From Selaginella moellendorffii (Eukaryota; Plantae; Lycopodiophyta): a stretch of 64,000 nt of DNA. How positions within the stretch are numbered: position 1 is the first letter of the stretch; every line of letters starts with the position of its first letter. Where the stretch lies: positions 51,572 to 115,571 of the forward strand of contig NW_003314281.1 of assembly GCF_000143415.4 (NCBI RefSeq), read 5' to 3'. The position numbers and the translations under genes are program-made. Under the pieces are notes generated by a model. It had not been told where the DNA came from and searched no databases. It saw nothing but the letters and a program-made list of their open reading frames with translations. This document shows positions 1 through 9,828 of the stretch, in pieces.

Positions 1-28
1 TCTTCTCTGTGTCGGCCTGATTTGCTTC

Positions 29-1960
29 TTGGTTGATCCTGCTTCTGCTGCAGTTTTCAGTCTTCATGCTACACCTATAACTACGGGTCTGGTGGAAGAT
101 ATTTTGTCTACATTCTGGACCAGGGTGATGGAGAAACGAGCTGAGATGCCTACTCAAGATGATTTCAAGGAGAAATATGCTCTCACCAAATTCCCTATTT
201 GTTGTCTTCCCCATCTTGGTCACAGGCAGCCCAGTCTTCTGTGGGAAGGGCTAGACCAGCTGTTCAGTGCGTCACAAGATTCTTGAGACTATCTGGAAAG
301 CTGCACTGGACGTTGTGATTGTTTGTGATGTGTCTGTACGAGATTGCAGTGCAGCAGCCCCGTGTGTTTCTCACGGGGGTGGCGGATGAAGCTACTGGTG
401 CTGAAGGCTGGTGAGGTCTTCATCCATGACAAGTCTGGAACCGATAACTTGACGTTCCTCTTCAACCAAGTGGTGCATCAGCATCTCAGGTACCCTGAAC
501 ATGACCCGTGGTCGTATTTAACAGGGAGAATCCTGGAGTTGGCAACCACGGTTGCAGAGCTAGAAGCGCTGAATGTGAGCATGGGGACTGCTACACATGG
601 AGTGGTCCTCTCATATTGGACGATGAAGTACCTAACTGACCGATTTACATCAGGAAGTGGACTCAACCAATCGATGCTGGACAAGTTCGCTGCTTCGGTA
701 ACACTGTATACTTTGCTGGGAGGGGAAGGTCACTTCTTCGTGTGGCCACTCACTTGGCCAAGGTAAACTTTGAGCTTCCTATCTCCCTGGTCGGTTGATA
801 GTTTTGTTCTGTTAACATCACTAATCTGGGAGGATTTCGGGATTCTCAGGCGTTGCAGCAGTTTGCTGCTCGTGTACTGGACGATTGTAGCATCCTGGAC
901 TTCCAGAGGCTGCAGCTCTTGTTTCGAGGGAGGCATCGGACATTTGCTACTGCTTTGGAGAATTGTATCATGGCGAATCCATTGGCATCAGAGTTGACAC
1001 GGAGTTAGGCACAAAGAGGGGTGTAGTGGCCTCGAGTGTGGTGGATCGGCGACGCATTCTGTTCAGCATAAACAGGACAGTCTTGGATGATATATACAGC
1101 TTCTTTGCAGGAGTCCCCAGCAGCGAGGCAGAGGCAGCAAAAGCTTTAGTACAAAGTGCGGTGATGAACATGTTTTTCGGGCGCGGGAAGATGGTTGTGA
1201 TCAACCCCACTTTGTCACTTATAGAATTTGGATTGGCCAGGGTGGGAGAATATGGGAAACGAGTCCAATGGATTCAGGATGGGGAGGACGGTATTGTTGT
1301 TGATGGAGACAAGTCATGGAAGGTGGAGATCTGGGAACCACTTGTTTTAATGGCGCTGTGGCAATTTTATAAGGAACAATCTTCCTGCAATAAGAGTAGG
1401 GGGATGAAGTCTCGGTTCCAGAAATGATCACTCAACGACTCGATGGCATTTGCCTTTCACACTTCTTCTCTTTGTGGAACACGGCAGTCCCGAAGATCTA
1501 TGAAAAGAAAACTCATCTAATTAGGCCCGCCTTGGATTTAAAGACGCCTCTAGAATCTGAAGACTTCAGGCTTCTAGACTGGATTGAGAGCGTGCAGAAT
1601 CGACATGGTTTCTCCTAGACCTTCTTCTCCACAGCTGACAATGCAAATGCTGGACCAGATATATGGTTCTTCCTCAACTTGGTGGATGATAAAGACGGGG
1701 ATGAGGAGCTGGTTATTTGTGCGGCACAAATGAAAACATCTGACAGGACCTTTAGAGAGGCAAACGATATGTTGGATTTTGAGAAGCTATTTCGTCATGG
1801 CACGAAGACAATCAAGAATCCGAAAGACGCTAAGGCTGCCAAGCTAATCCAAGATTTTCCCCACCATCTTAAGTTAGTGGTGACTAGTGCCTACGTGAAC
1901 TTGGAAAAGGTGAAACCAGATATTCCTCTTCATCCGACAAAGAGGAGGAAGGCATGCTAG
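29..1960 (+). pseudogene. Fragmented Crinkler (CRN)-like P-loop NTPase plus restriction-endonuclease-fold gene
   Basis: Successive + strand ORF pieces broken by frameshifts and stops. Motifs: VFLTGVADEA (Walker-B-like, ~365-395), LIEFGLARV...IWEPLVLMALWQFY (963-1427 ORF), and AGPDIWFFLNL...VICAAQMK reading through an in-frame TAG at 1616-1618 into the 1679-1960 ORF. The 5' end probably lies outside the window. Confidence 0.5.
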
Positions 1961-3036
1961 GTCTTGTGGATGATTCAAATGTTCATTTGTTTGTGGAGTC
2001 TTGGCTGCTTAATACTGTACGAGAATGTGAAGAAGAGTAATCTACATAACAATCTTTGTAAAGTATTTTAAAAGTTAATTGAAGTTGATAAAGGAACAAT
2101 GCTTCACCCCGAGACTTGAGTCATAGTTTCTCAGCTCTCATTAGAATTCTAAGTTAAACATTATATGGAAATGACTGGTTTGATCACTCAGAAATCACTT
2201 ACAAGGGCAGATCGACAATCAGAAGTATGCTACCAATCCAATCATTAGTGGAAATTCTCAAGACTTGTGATCTGCCAGAGAGGTTCTGGCCGATGGGAGG
2301 GGAGATTGAGGGGGATTACTTTGGAGCGGACAGGCGGCGCGAGGATACCCAATGACGTCTTGCGCGGGCATCTTTCAGTTAAGGCGGAAGATCATGGAGT
2401 TAAAGACTGCATAGCTAGTATATAAGTCTGTACTTTCGGTTCTCACTTCGTGTTTAAAAGTGTGTTCTTTAGTGATTACTAGGCTCTTCGATACCACTCT
2501 CTCTTTCCTTGATTCTCTACCTCTACCTGTGTGACTTGGCTTGCAACCAACGCCAGGAATGTCTCCCTTCTGGTTGATTTGATACTAAAGACATGAGCAT
2601 CTCTGAAGGCCTTGATAGCTTGCAGCTATTTGGCCTAGAACTTGTGTCCCAAGTGTGGGATTTCTTGTATGACTCTGAGTCGAGGAAGTTTGTGATAGCA
2701 TGAGAGTCTTGCGAGAGTTCTGAGAGTGTGCAAGGATTTCCCATTCGGAGCTACAGACCATATAAGCAATGCTCGTATCAGGCAAGATCTCTGGGTTAAG
2801 TATTTCACGATCTAACTTTGTTTGTCGCAGCTTCCTCCCCATCGAGAGCTTTTGCACAGCTTTGGACTCGACTTGAAGTTCTTTTTTCGGGGTTAAGGAT
2901 ATTCCGTTAATTGAAAAGATGCCATAATAAACCGTCAAATGTCTAGGGTTCATGGTCTTGATTCATTCTCGCTTGATTCCCCCGGCGATGGTCGCTTGCC
3001 ACATTTGCGAGAGCTTCCGGATGCTCTACTGGAAGA

Positions 3037-6000
3037 ATGCGCGAGCTTCCGGGGCCTGCTTCCATTTCTGAGAATTCTGTTCCGCTTATCAGCGATGGAG
3101 CAGGGAATGCGGGGAAGAACAGGCTACTGGCGGCATTGAAAGCGTGTAGCCGATCCAGGGATTTGAAGGCCGGGAAGGCGCTCCATTTGGAAGCGATCCG
3201 AGAGAGGCACGACTCCGACACCTATGTTCTAAACAGCCTGGTAAATATGTATGCAAAGTGTGGAAGCATGGGGGATGCCAGGAGAGTTTTTGACAGGATG
3301 AGCAGCGGTCGGCGAACGGTGGTGTCGTGGAATTCCTTGCTTCTCGGCTATGCCGAGAATGGGGAGGAGGAGCTCTGCTTGGAGATGATAGCGGAGATGG
3401 TGTCTCAAGGCTGGAGGCCGGATGCTCTCACTTTCGTCGCTGCTATCAAGGCTTGCACGAAGATGGCGATGAAAGAACTAGGCCGGGAGAGAAAGATGGT
3501 TTTGCTGGAGAGAGGCAGGGATTTTCACGCTGGAGCTGCCAAGTTTGGATTCGACAGGGATGCTTTTGTTTCGAGTAGCCTGGTGAATTTCTACGCGAGG
3601 TGTGGGAGCATGGAAGATGCTCGCAAAGTTTTTGACGAGAGAGGTGGTGCTCGAGGAAACAAAAACGTCGTGTCGTGGAACTCTTTGCTCCTGGGGTACG
3701 TCGACAACGACGAACCGGAGAGTGCTCTCGAGCTCTTTTCTGTCATGCAGCAGCAAGGCTTGGCGGATTCTCTGAGCTTTGTGGCGGCTCTCAAGGCTTG
3801 CTCTTGCCTGGCGGTGAGAGAACAAGGCAGACAGGTTGACGGGAGGCTTGTGAAAGTCCGGGCCTTGGAAAGAGGCAAGTTTCTCCATCTGCAAGCCAGG
3901 AAAAGTGGTTGCGAGCTCGAGAACTTTGTCTCAAACTCGCTGATCGACATGTATGCCAAGTGCTGGAGCATGGCCGAAGCGAGAGAAGTGTTTGAGAGGA
4001 TGCCGGATCGCAGTGTTGTTTCGTGGAACGCGTTGCTGCTTGGATATGTCGAGAATGGTGAAGGAGATGTGGCTTTGGAGCTCTTTGCTTTGATGCGGCC
4101 TCCGCGAGCCTGTCAGCCAAATGGCCTCACGTACGTTGCGGCACTCATGGCTTGTTCCACTCTTGCCAGAAGCTCTCCAAAAGAGAATGGCGTGGTGCTG
4201 GAAAAAATCACGGCTCTTCGTTCTCGAGCTGCAAAGGCCGGGTTTGCGGACGATAACTTTGTAGCAAACACGCTGGTGGACGTTTACGCGAAGTGCGGGA
4301 GCTTGGCTGATGCGAAGATGGTGTTCGACAAGATGCCGTGCCCGGATGTTGTGTCCTGGAATGCGATGATTCTCGGCTACGCGGAGAATGGCAAGGAAAA
4401 TCTGGCCTTGGAGATGTTTGGTTTGATGCGCCGGGAGTGTCCAGCGAGCTCTCTCAGCTTTGTGGCTGCTCTCAAGGCCTGCACGAGTCTAGCTTTGAGA
4501 GAAAACCAAGAACAAGAGGAAGAAGGAAGAGCTTTCAGCGAGAGCAAAGCTTTCAAGGCGGAAGCTCTGGAGAAAGGAAAGGCACTCCACTTTGATGCTG
4601 TGATGTCGGGGCTCGATTCCGATGGTTATGTCGCAAGCTCGCTGTTAAACATGTATTGCAAGTGTGGAAGCATTGCCGAGGCTCGGAAGGTGTTCCACAG
4701 CATCAGAGACCGCCGGAGTCTTGTTTCGTGGAACATACTGCTGCTGGGACTCACGGACAATGGTGAGGCTTCTGCGGCTCTGGAGCTTTTCTCTCGCATG
4801 CTCCACGATGGTTTGCTGCCAAATCCTTTATCTTTTGCTGCGGTACTAAAGGCCTGTGTCTTCTGTGCAGTGAGAAGTGAGGAGGACGAGCGTGTGAGAG
4901 ATCGTTTCCTGAAGAAAGGGAGGAACATCCATTTCCAAGTATTGGAGGCTGGTTATGACTCGGATATATGTCTGGCTAACACGCTTGTGGACTTCTATGC
5001 CAAGTGTGGAAGCCTGGAGGAGGCGAGAAAGGTATTCGATACTCTTGCCTGCCGCAGCTTGGTTTCATGGACCTCGCTAATACTGGGATATGTCGATGCA
5101 GGTCGAGGAGACGAGGCCTTGGAACTTTTCGCCAGGATGCAAACCGAAGGCTGCGAAGGTGATGCCTTGACGCTTGTTGCGGCGCTCAAAGCTTGTGCTA
5201 TCCAACGAAAACTCTCGACTGGGAAGGCTCTACACTCCCACGCTGCGAAGCACGAGTATGATTCCAAGGACGTTTACGTTGCGAGCGCTCTGATCAGCAT
5301 GTACTCCAACTGCGGCAGCATGGCGGACGCTCAACGAGTCTTCGACAAAGCAGCTCGCAGGGATGCCGTGGTGTGGAACTCTTTGCTGCTGGGATACGCA
5401 GAGAATGGAGATCCAGAGTCAGCACTGGCTTTGTTCACGAGCATGCAAGAGCTGCAGATATCACCAAACGCTCAGACTTATGGAGCGGCAATCAAGGCCT
5501 GTTCTAGACTGGAAAGCTTGCGAGGTGTCCATGCTTCGATTTGCAGAAGTGGTCTGGAAGACAACGTGCACCTTGCAACCGGTTTAGTCGATGCTTATGG
5601 GAAATCAGGAAGCTTGGTTAGCTGTCGACTGTTCTTCGAGACACTCGGAAGTTCTTCCCGGGATCTGGTAACTTGGAACTCAGTTATAGCAGGACACAGC
5701 CGCTTGGGAGAAGCAGCCGCGGTGGAAGATCTGTTTCATATGATGCTCGAGCAGGATGGTCTCCGGGCCGACGGTGTAACTTTCGTGAGTTTGCTCAGCG
5801 CTTGCAACCATGCCGGCCTGGTTGCCAAAGGCAAGAGTTACTTTAAGGCGATGAGCTCCAAGTATGGAGTTACTCCAGGTATCGAGCACTACCATTGCAT
5901 GATTGATATTCTCGGTCGTGCTAACGAGCTGGAAGATGCAGTGGCGATGGTGGAAGCGATGGCTTACGAGCCGGATGCCGTGACTTGGATGACACTCTTG

Positions 6001-6138
6001 AGTGCGTGCAGCAAGTGGAGGAATTTAGAGGTGGGAAAGCTTGCGTTTGAGAGGATGGCGAGCTTGAGTGTGGATTTATCCTCGGCTTATGTGTTGATGG
6101 CAGGAATCTACGAGACGTCGACGAACAAAGAAGTGTGA
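3037..6138 (+). CDS. PLS-class pentatricopeptide repeat protein (1033 aa, intronless, E-type C terminus, no DYW domain); probable organellar RNA-editing factor
   Basis: Repeated NSLVNMYAKCGS..ARRVFD / VVSWNSLLLGY / FVAALKAC triplets. C terminus has FVSLLSACNHAGLV..HYHCMIDILGRA..PDAVTWMTLLSAC..SSAYVLMAGIY. Confidence 0.95.
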   Translation: MRELPGPASISENSVPLISDGAGNAGKNRLLAALKACSRSRDLKAGKALHLEAIRERHDSDTYVLNSLVNMYAKCGSMGDARRVFDRMSSGRRTVVSWNSLLLGYAENGEEELCLEMIAEMVSQGWRPDALTFVAAIKACTKMAMKELGRERKMVLLERGRDFHAGAAKFGFDRDAFVSSSLVNFYARCGSMEDARKVFDERGGARGNKNVVSWNSLLLGYVDNDEPESALELFSVMQQQGLADSLSFVAALKACSCLAVREQGRQVDGRLVKVRALERGKFLHLQARKSGCELENFVSNSLIDMYAKCWSMAEAREVFERMPDRSVVSWNALLLGYVENGEGDVALELFALMRPPRACQPNGLTYVAALMACSTLARSSPKENGVVLEKITALRSRAAKAGFADDNFVANTLVDVYAKCGSLADAKMVFDKMPCPDVVSWNAMILGYAENGKENLALEMFGLMRRECPASSLSFVAALKACTSLALRENQEQEEEGRAFSESKAFKAEALEKGKALHFDAVMSGLDSDGYVASSLLNMYCKCGSIAEARKVFHSIRDRRSLVSWNILLLGLTDNGEASAALELFSRMLHDGLLPNPLSFAAVLKACVFCAVRSEEDERVRDRFLKKGRNIHFQVLEAGYDSDICLANTLVDFYAKCGSLEEARKVFDTLACRSLVSWTSLILGYVDAGRGDEALELFARMQTEGCEGDALTLVAALKACAIQRKLSTGKALHSHAAKHEYDSKDVYVASALISMYSNCGSMADAQRVFDKAARRDAVVWNSLLLGYAENGDPESALALFTSMQELQISPNAQTYGAAIKACSRLESLRGVHASICRSGLEDNVHLATGLVDAYGKSGSLVSCRLFFETLGSSSRDLVTWNSVIAGHSRLGEAAAVEDLFHMMLEQDGLRADGVTFVSLLSACNHAGLVAKGKSYFKAMSSKYGVTPGIEHYHCMIDILGRANELEDAVAMVEAMAYEPDAVTWMTLLSACSKWRNLEVGKLAFERMASLSVDLSSAYVLMAGIYETSTNKEV

Positions 6139-6698
6139 GATCATAGGCCGAGGTATCAAAAGAACTGTGAGTATGATCATTGCAGGCAATATTCTGGATT
6201 GGATTGGATCACTCGATTTTAAAACTTCTAAGGTTCACTCTCCAGGATTTCGATGATCCCCGTGCAAGTGGGAGAGATTTAAAGTTCTCTGGTGTGGATT
6301 TATCATCGGCTAAGCCAGGAACAAAAGTATAAGCTACTATATTTCCATGGTTTTGATTTTTTGGATATCTTATCTCCAGCCCAGGCACACGCAAGAGCCA
6401 ACGTATCACACCCATCGCTACAGTCCATTCAAGAAATGTGCCAAAGACGTATACGATATGATAGCTACAAAAATTTAACACTACGAATCATGGAAATGCG
6501 AATATCTCTGCGCCGGCATATGCCTCGCCGCCGACTTGGCGCCTCGTCATTGCTCCTGATCTGCGCAGCCTAGCCACAACGATCGTGACACGTGGCCAGA
6601 ATGTGAAAAAGGTCACTAGCGTATATAAAGCAAAGGAAGGGGGGAACGAGCACGAAGGAAGAAAAGGAAGAAAGCTCTCTTTCTTGAAGGAAGGAAGA

Positions 6699-8000
6699 AT
6701 GGTAGTGATGGAATTTTGCTCCGCTCAGGAGCTATGGATGATCGTGGTGGAGCGCGTGGGAAGGTGGGCTTGGATTGTGGCCGCCGCGGCGATGGTTCTC
6801 GTGCACAAGCGCCTGAGGAGGATCTCGCTAGGGCTTTCTCGCAGCAGCGATGGCGCTCTCAGCGTGGAGCTCAAGGCTCCACCGCCCTCGTCGGCGTGTT
6901 GCGAGAGCAAGGAGGATTTGGATGCTGCGATTCCGGATTCATTCGCGGCGGGGAGAGATTTTGCGGAAGATGTTCCAGTGGCTGCTCGCCCGGTGAGGGA
7001 ATGGAGCCCGCTGGAGAGATTGGGGGAGGGGAATTTCGTGTGCAAGGGCGTGGAGCTCGATCGCGCAGCAGAGTGGCCATGGGAGGAAGGAGAGGAAGAG
7101 GGGGCTTCCTGGAGCTTCAAGGTTCCGGAATGGGCGAATTCTCTGCTCCAGCCGCTAATGCCAAGCGAAGAGGATTGGTACCGGCAATCGGGCAAGGAAT
7201 GGGATGCTCTTCGCGGCGAGCTAGATCCAGAATGGAAGCGCGCAGTGAAATCTATGCTGGGTGATCATCGCGGCAAGGCGAGGACAATCGTGGCCAAAGG
7301 GCCGCATTACCTCGCCAAGGCCAAGAACGAGGTGGTGAAGCTATGGGGGAGCTCCAAGCAAAAGATCTTGGAGAACTGGTACCTCCCGGAGGAGCAAGGA
7401 TTCGTGACGGCGCTGGGCGTGAGCGATGGCCACTTCTTGGACGCGGTGGCCGCGGGATCCAGCGATGGCTACTTGAGCATCTGGGATGTGGCCACGGGCG
7501 AATGCGCGAGGAGCTTCTCCGCGTCCAAGCTCTCGATCCAGGGCGTGGCGATGGGCGCTGGAATCGGCGGTGGATTGGGCGGGATCTACTGTTCCCCTGC
7601 CGCGGTTGCGTTCTGGGACGCGCGATCGATGAAGAAGGGGGTGGATTGCTTCGATTCTTTTGCCGTGGATTCTTTCTCCGCGGCGCACGATCACGCGCGC
7701 TTCGCCGGAATTCAATCCATCGGCGCGCACGAGTTTGTCGTGCGAGGCGTGCGTGGCGAGGAGGCGGCGTTTGACGTGAGAATGGCGGCGCGGTCGTCGC
7801 GCGGATTGCCACTCCCGGCTGCCGAGCGCGAGGAGGAGGAGGAGGAGGAGGAGGTGTGGTGGGACGCGATCCAAGATCAAGAGGGACTAGAGGAGGAAGA
7901 GGAGGATAGCGATGGCGATGAAGAAATTGAGGCCCACATTTCTTCCTCGTCTGGCAAAGGATTCTTCTCAAAGTGCGTCGCACTTTTCACCCCTGTATAA
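6699..8000 (+). CDS. Intronless protein with N-terminal hydrophobic segment, partial WD40-like repeats and acidic C-terminal tract
   Basis: Open frame 6585-8000 with first ATG at 6699. VAAGSSDGYLSIWDVATGEC and VAFWDARS are WD40-like. WAWIVAAAAMVLV is hydrophobic. Poly-E tail. Confidence 0.7.
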   Translation: MVVMEFCSAQELWMIVVERVGRWAWIVAAAAMVLVHKRLRRISLGLSRSSDGALSVELKAPPPSSACCESKEDLDAAIPDSFAAGRDFAEDVPVAARPVREWSPLERLGEGNFVCKGVELDRAAEWPWEEGEEEGASWSFKVPEWANSLLQPLMPSEEDWYRQSGKEWDALRGELDPEWKRAVKSMLGDHRGKARTIVAKGPHYLAKAKNEVVKLWGSSKQKILENWYLPEEQGFVTALGVSDGHFLDAVAAGSSDGYLSIWDVATGECARSFSASKLSIQGVAMGAGIGGGLGGIYCSPAAVAFWDARSMKKGVDCFDSFAVDSFSAAHDHARFAGIQSIGAHEFVVRGVRGEEAAFDVRMAARSSRGLPLPAAEREEEEEEEEVWWDAIQDQEGLEEEEEDSDGDEEIEAHISSSSGKGFFSKCVALFTPV

Positions 8001-8116
8001 ACAATTTACCACTTCTAGGAGCCCTAGAAGAATATTCCAACTTTACCCTGTTTCAGTAGCCCTAGTTTTGACGCTCTCGAATATTCGCCTTTGTAAGTAT
8101 ATTCGCGACTGAATGG

Positions 8117-9360
8117 GCTAAGGTTAGTGACAGGTCGAGCCCTAACCAAGTGCTGATGTGGCAATTGGGCGAGCAAGGGTTCTTAGTTGGAGAGGGAGGA
8201 TGGGAAGAGAAAAGTGATAGGCACTAGATGTGAGTGTTTTGTAGTGATTTCTAGTGGTTCAAAGATGGATCTCTCTTGGGTCTTTTGCTTGTGTCCATGA
8301 ATGGAGAGTTGGTCCCTGTTTTGGTGGAGATGAGGGGCAGCTTGTTGAATGCTTTCATGAGTAGTGTGTGGCTATCCATTCTTGGACCATTTGTGGAAAA
8401 CTGATGATTGCTAAATTGAGTATCATAAGTAACTGCTAATTTGAGCAATGTAAACAGAGCTTGTTTTGTGTGGCATCGAAGACTTTTAATGAAAATGCTA
8501 AGGGCATTGCTGGAAAGTGATGTAGCAAATCGAGGCAAAACGACTGATTTTTTAGGCATAGCAAGTCAGCTAATTTGAACACTGATTTTTTAGGCATGGC
8601 AAGTGAGCCAAATACAAAAGCTATTTGAACACCTGATGTGTGCGTGTGAGAGGAAGTTTATTGTGGCTAGTGTGGCTAATGTTGTAGCATGCTAGCATTT
8701 CTTTTTTGAGAGAATGACAAGTAAATGCTGCTCAGTTGTAAAAAAAAATGAGGGAGAGAAAATCCCAAATGTTGTATTTACTAAGTAAATTGTCAAAGGG
8801 CTAGGGTGGGCAGGCTGTAGTGGCTTTGAAATCAACAAGCTATAGTATCAAAATTCTTTCAAGTTTATATAGAAGATTGCAAAGAGTTGCTTTTGATTCT
8901 GGTGGCTGATTATCTTGGCAAAATAAAAATGAGTGTGAGTGATGTATTATAAGTGGATGTTAGCTTGGCTTGGAGTATGGAGGTTGAGGTTTGATCTGTA
9001 GATATGACACAAATGTGAAAATGTAAGAAGAGAAAATGGGTCTATACATCTTAATTTAAGAGGAAAGCATGTATAATATTTGTCTCCAGGTAGAGCATAG
9101 TACAGATTTGGTATTCTGTCTTGTGTGAGGACACACAAATTTTAACAGGGGAAAGACCGCTACAACCACTACCTGTAACAGGCTAAGGTGACACTAGTGA
9201 CAATGGTGTTTAGTTTAGTCAAGCCCTAACCAAATGCTGACGTGGCAAGTGGGCAGAAGATGGGAGGAGAAAAGCGATGGGCACTAGATGTGAGCATGAA
9301 GGGTTCTATTTTAGAGGTTGATATCTCTTGATTTCTCTGGTTTCTTTGCTTGTGTCCTAT
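8117..9360. repeat. About 1.25-kb non-coding insert bounded by degenerate direct repeats (~8117-8300 and ~9181-9360)
   Basis: Shared blocks at both ends: GGCTAAGGT, AGCCCTAACCAA(G/A)TGCTGA(T/C)GTGGCAA, GATGGGA.GAGAAAAG.GAT.GGCACTAGATGTGAG, TTTGCTTGTGTCC. Confidence 0.55.
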
Positions 9361-9397
9361 TTGGTCACTATAGTGTGAATCGAAGAAGAATATTTTA

Positions 9398-9497
9398 GAA
9401 TATTCGTCATAAAGCTTGAAGTATATTCTAGAATATGCGCCTATGCATATGCTCGAATATGCTCCTGTGTGGCTGACAAGTATATTCTCGAATATGC
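9398..9497. promoter_or_regulatory. Cluster of seven GNATATNC (P1BS-like) motifs upstream of UXS
   Basis: Matches start at 9398, 9421, 9431, 9445, 9455, 9480 and 9490. TTCnnGAA (HSE-like) units overlap them. Confidence 0.5.
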
Positions 9498-9828
9498 GTG
9501 TGAAATTAGTCCTCGGCGTTTAGGTCATGGGCTTGGCGCTAGTCCGTTAGACTGCGGCGAAGAGAAGAAGAATGGCGATGGCGGCGGCGGCATTTCGCGC
9601 TTGATCTCCTTCTCCTCCACCTCTCTCTCTCGCTCGCATTCTGCGCTCTTAGATTAGAAGAAATTTCTATTCCTTGGCGGCGGTGTTGACCGCGTCTAGG
9701 GTGTGATTTCTTGGCCCGGGATCTAGATTCCAGCGCCCAGATCTGCCCGCGCGGCAATGCAATCGGCTCGGATTTGGCGGTGAGGCTGGGAATTTCCGCG
9801 CAATTCGGGATCAGATCGGTCCGCCAAG

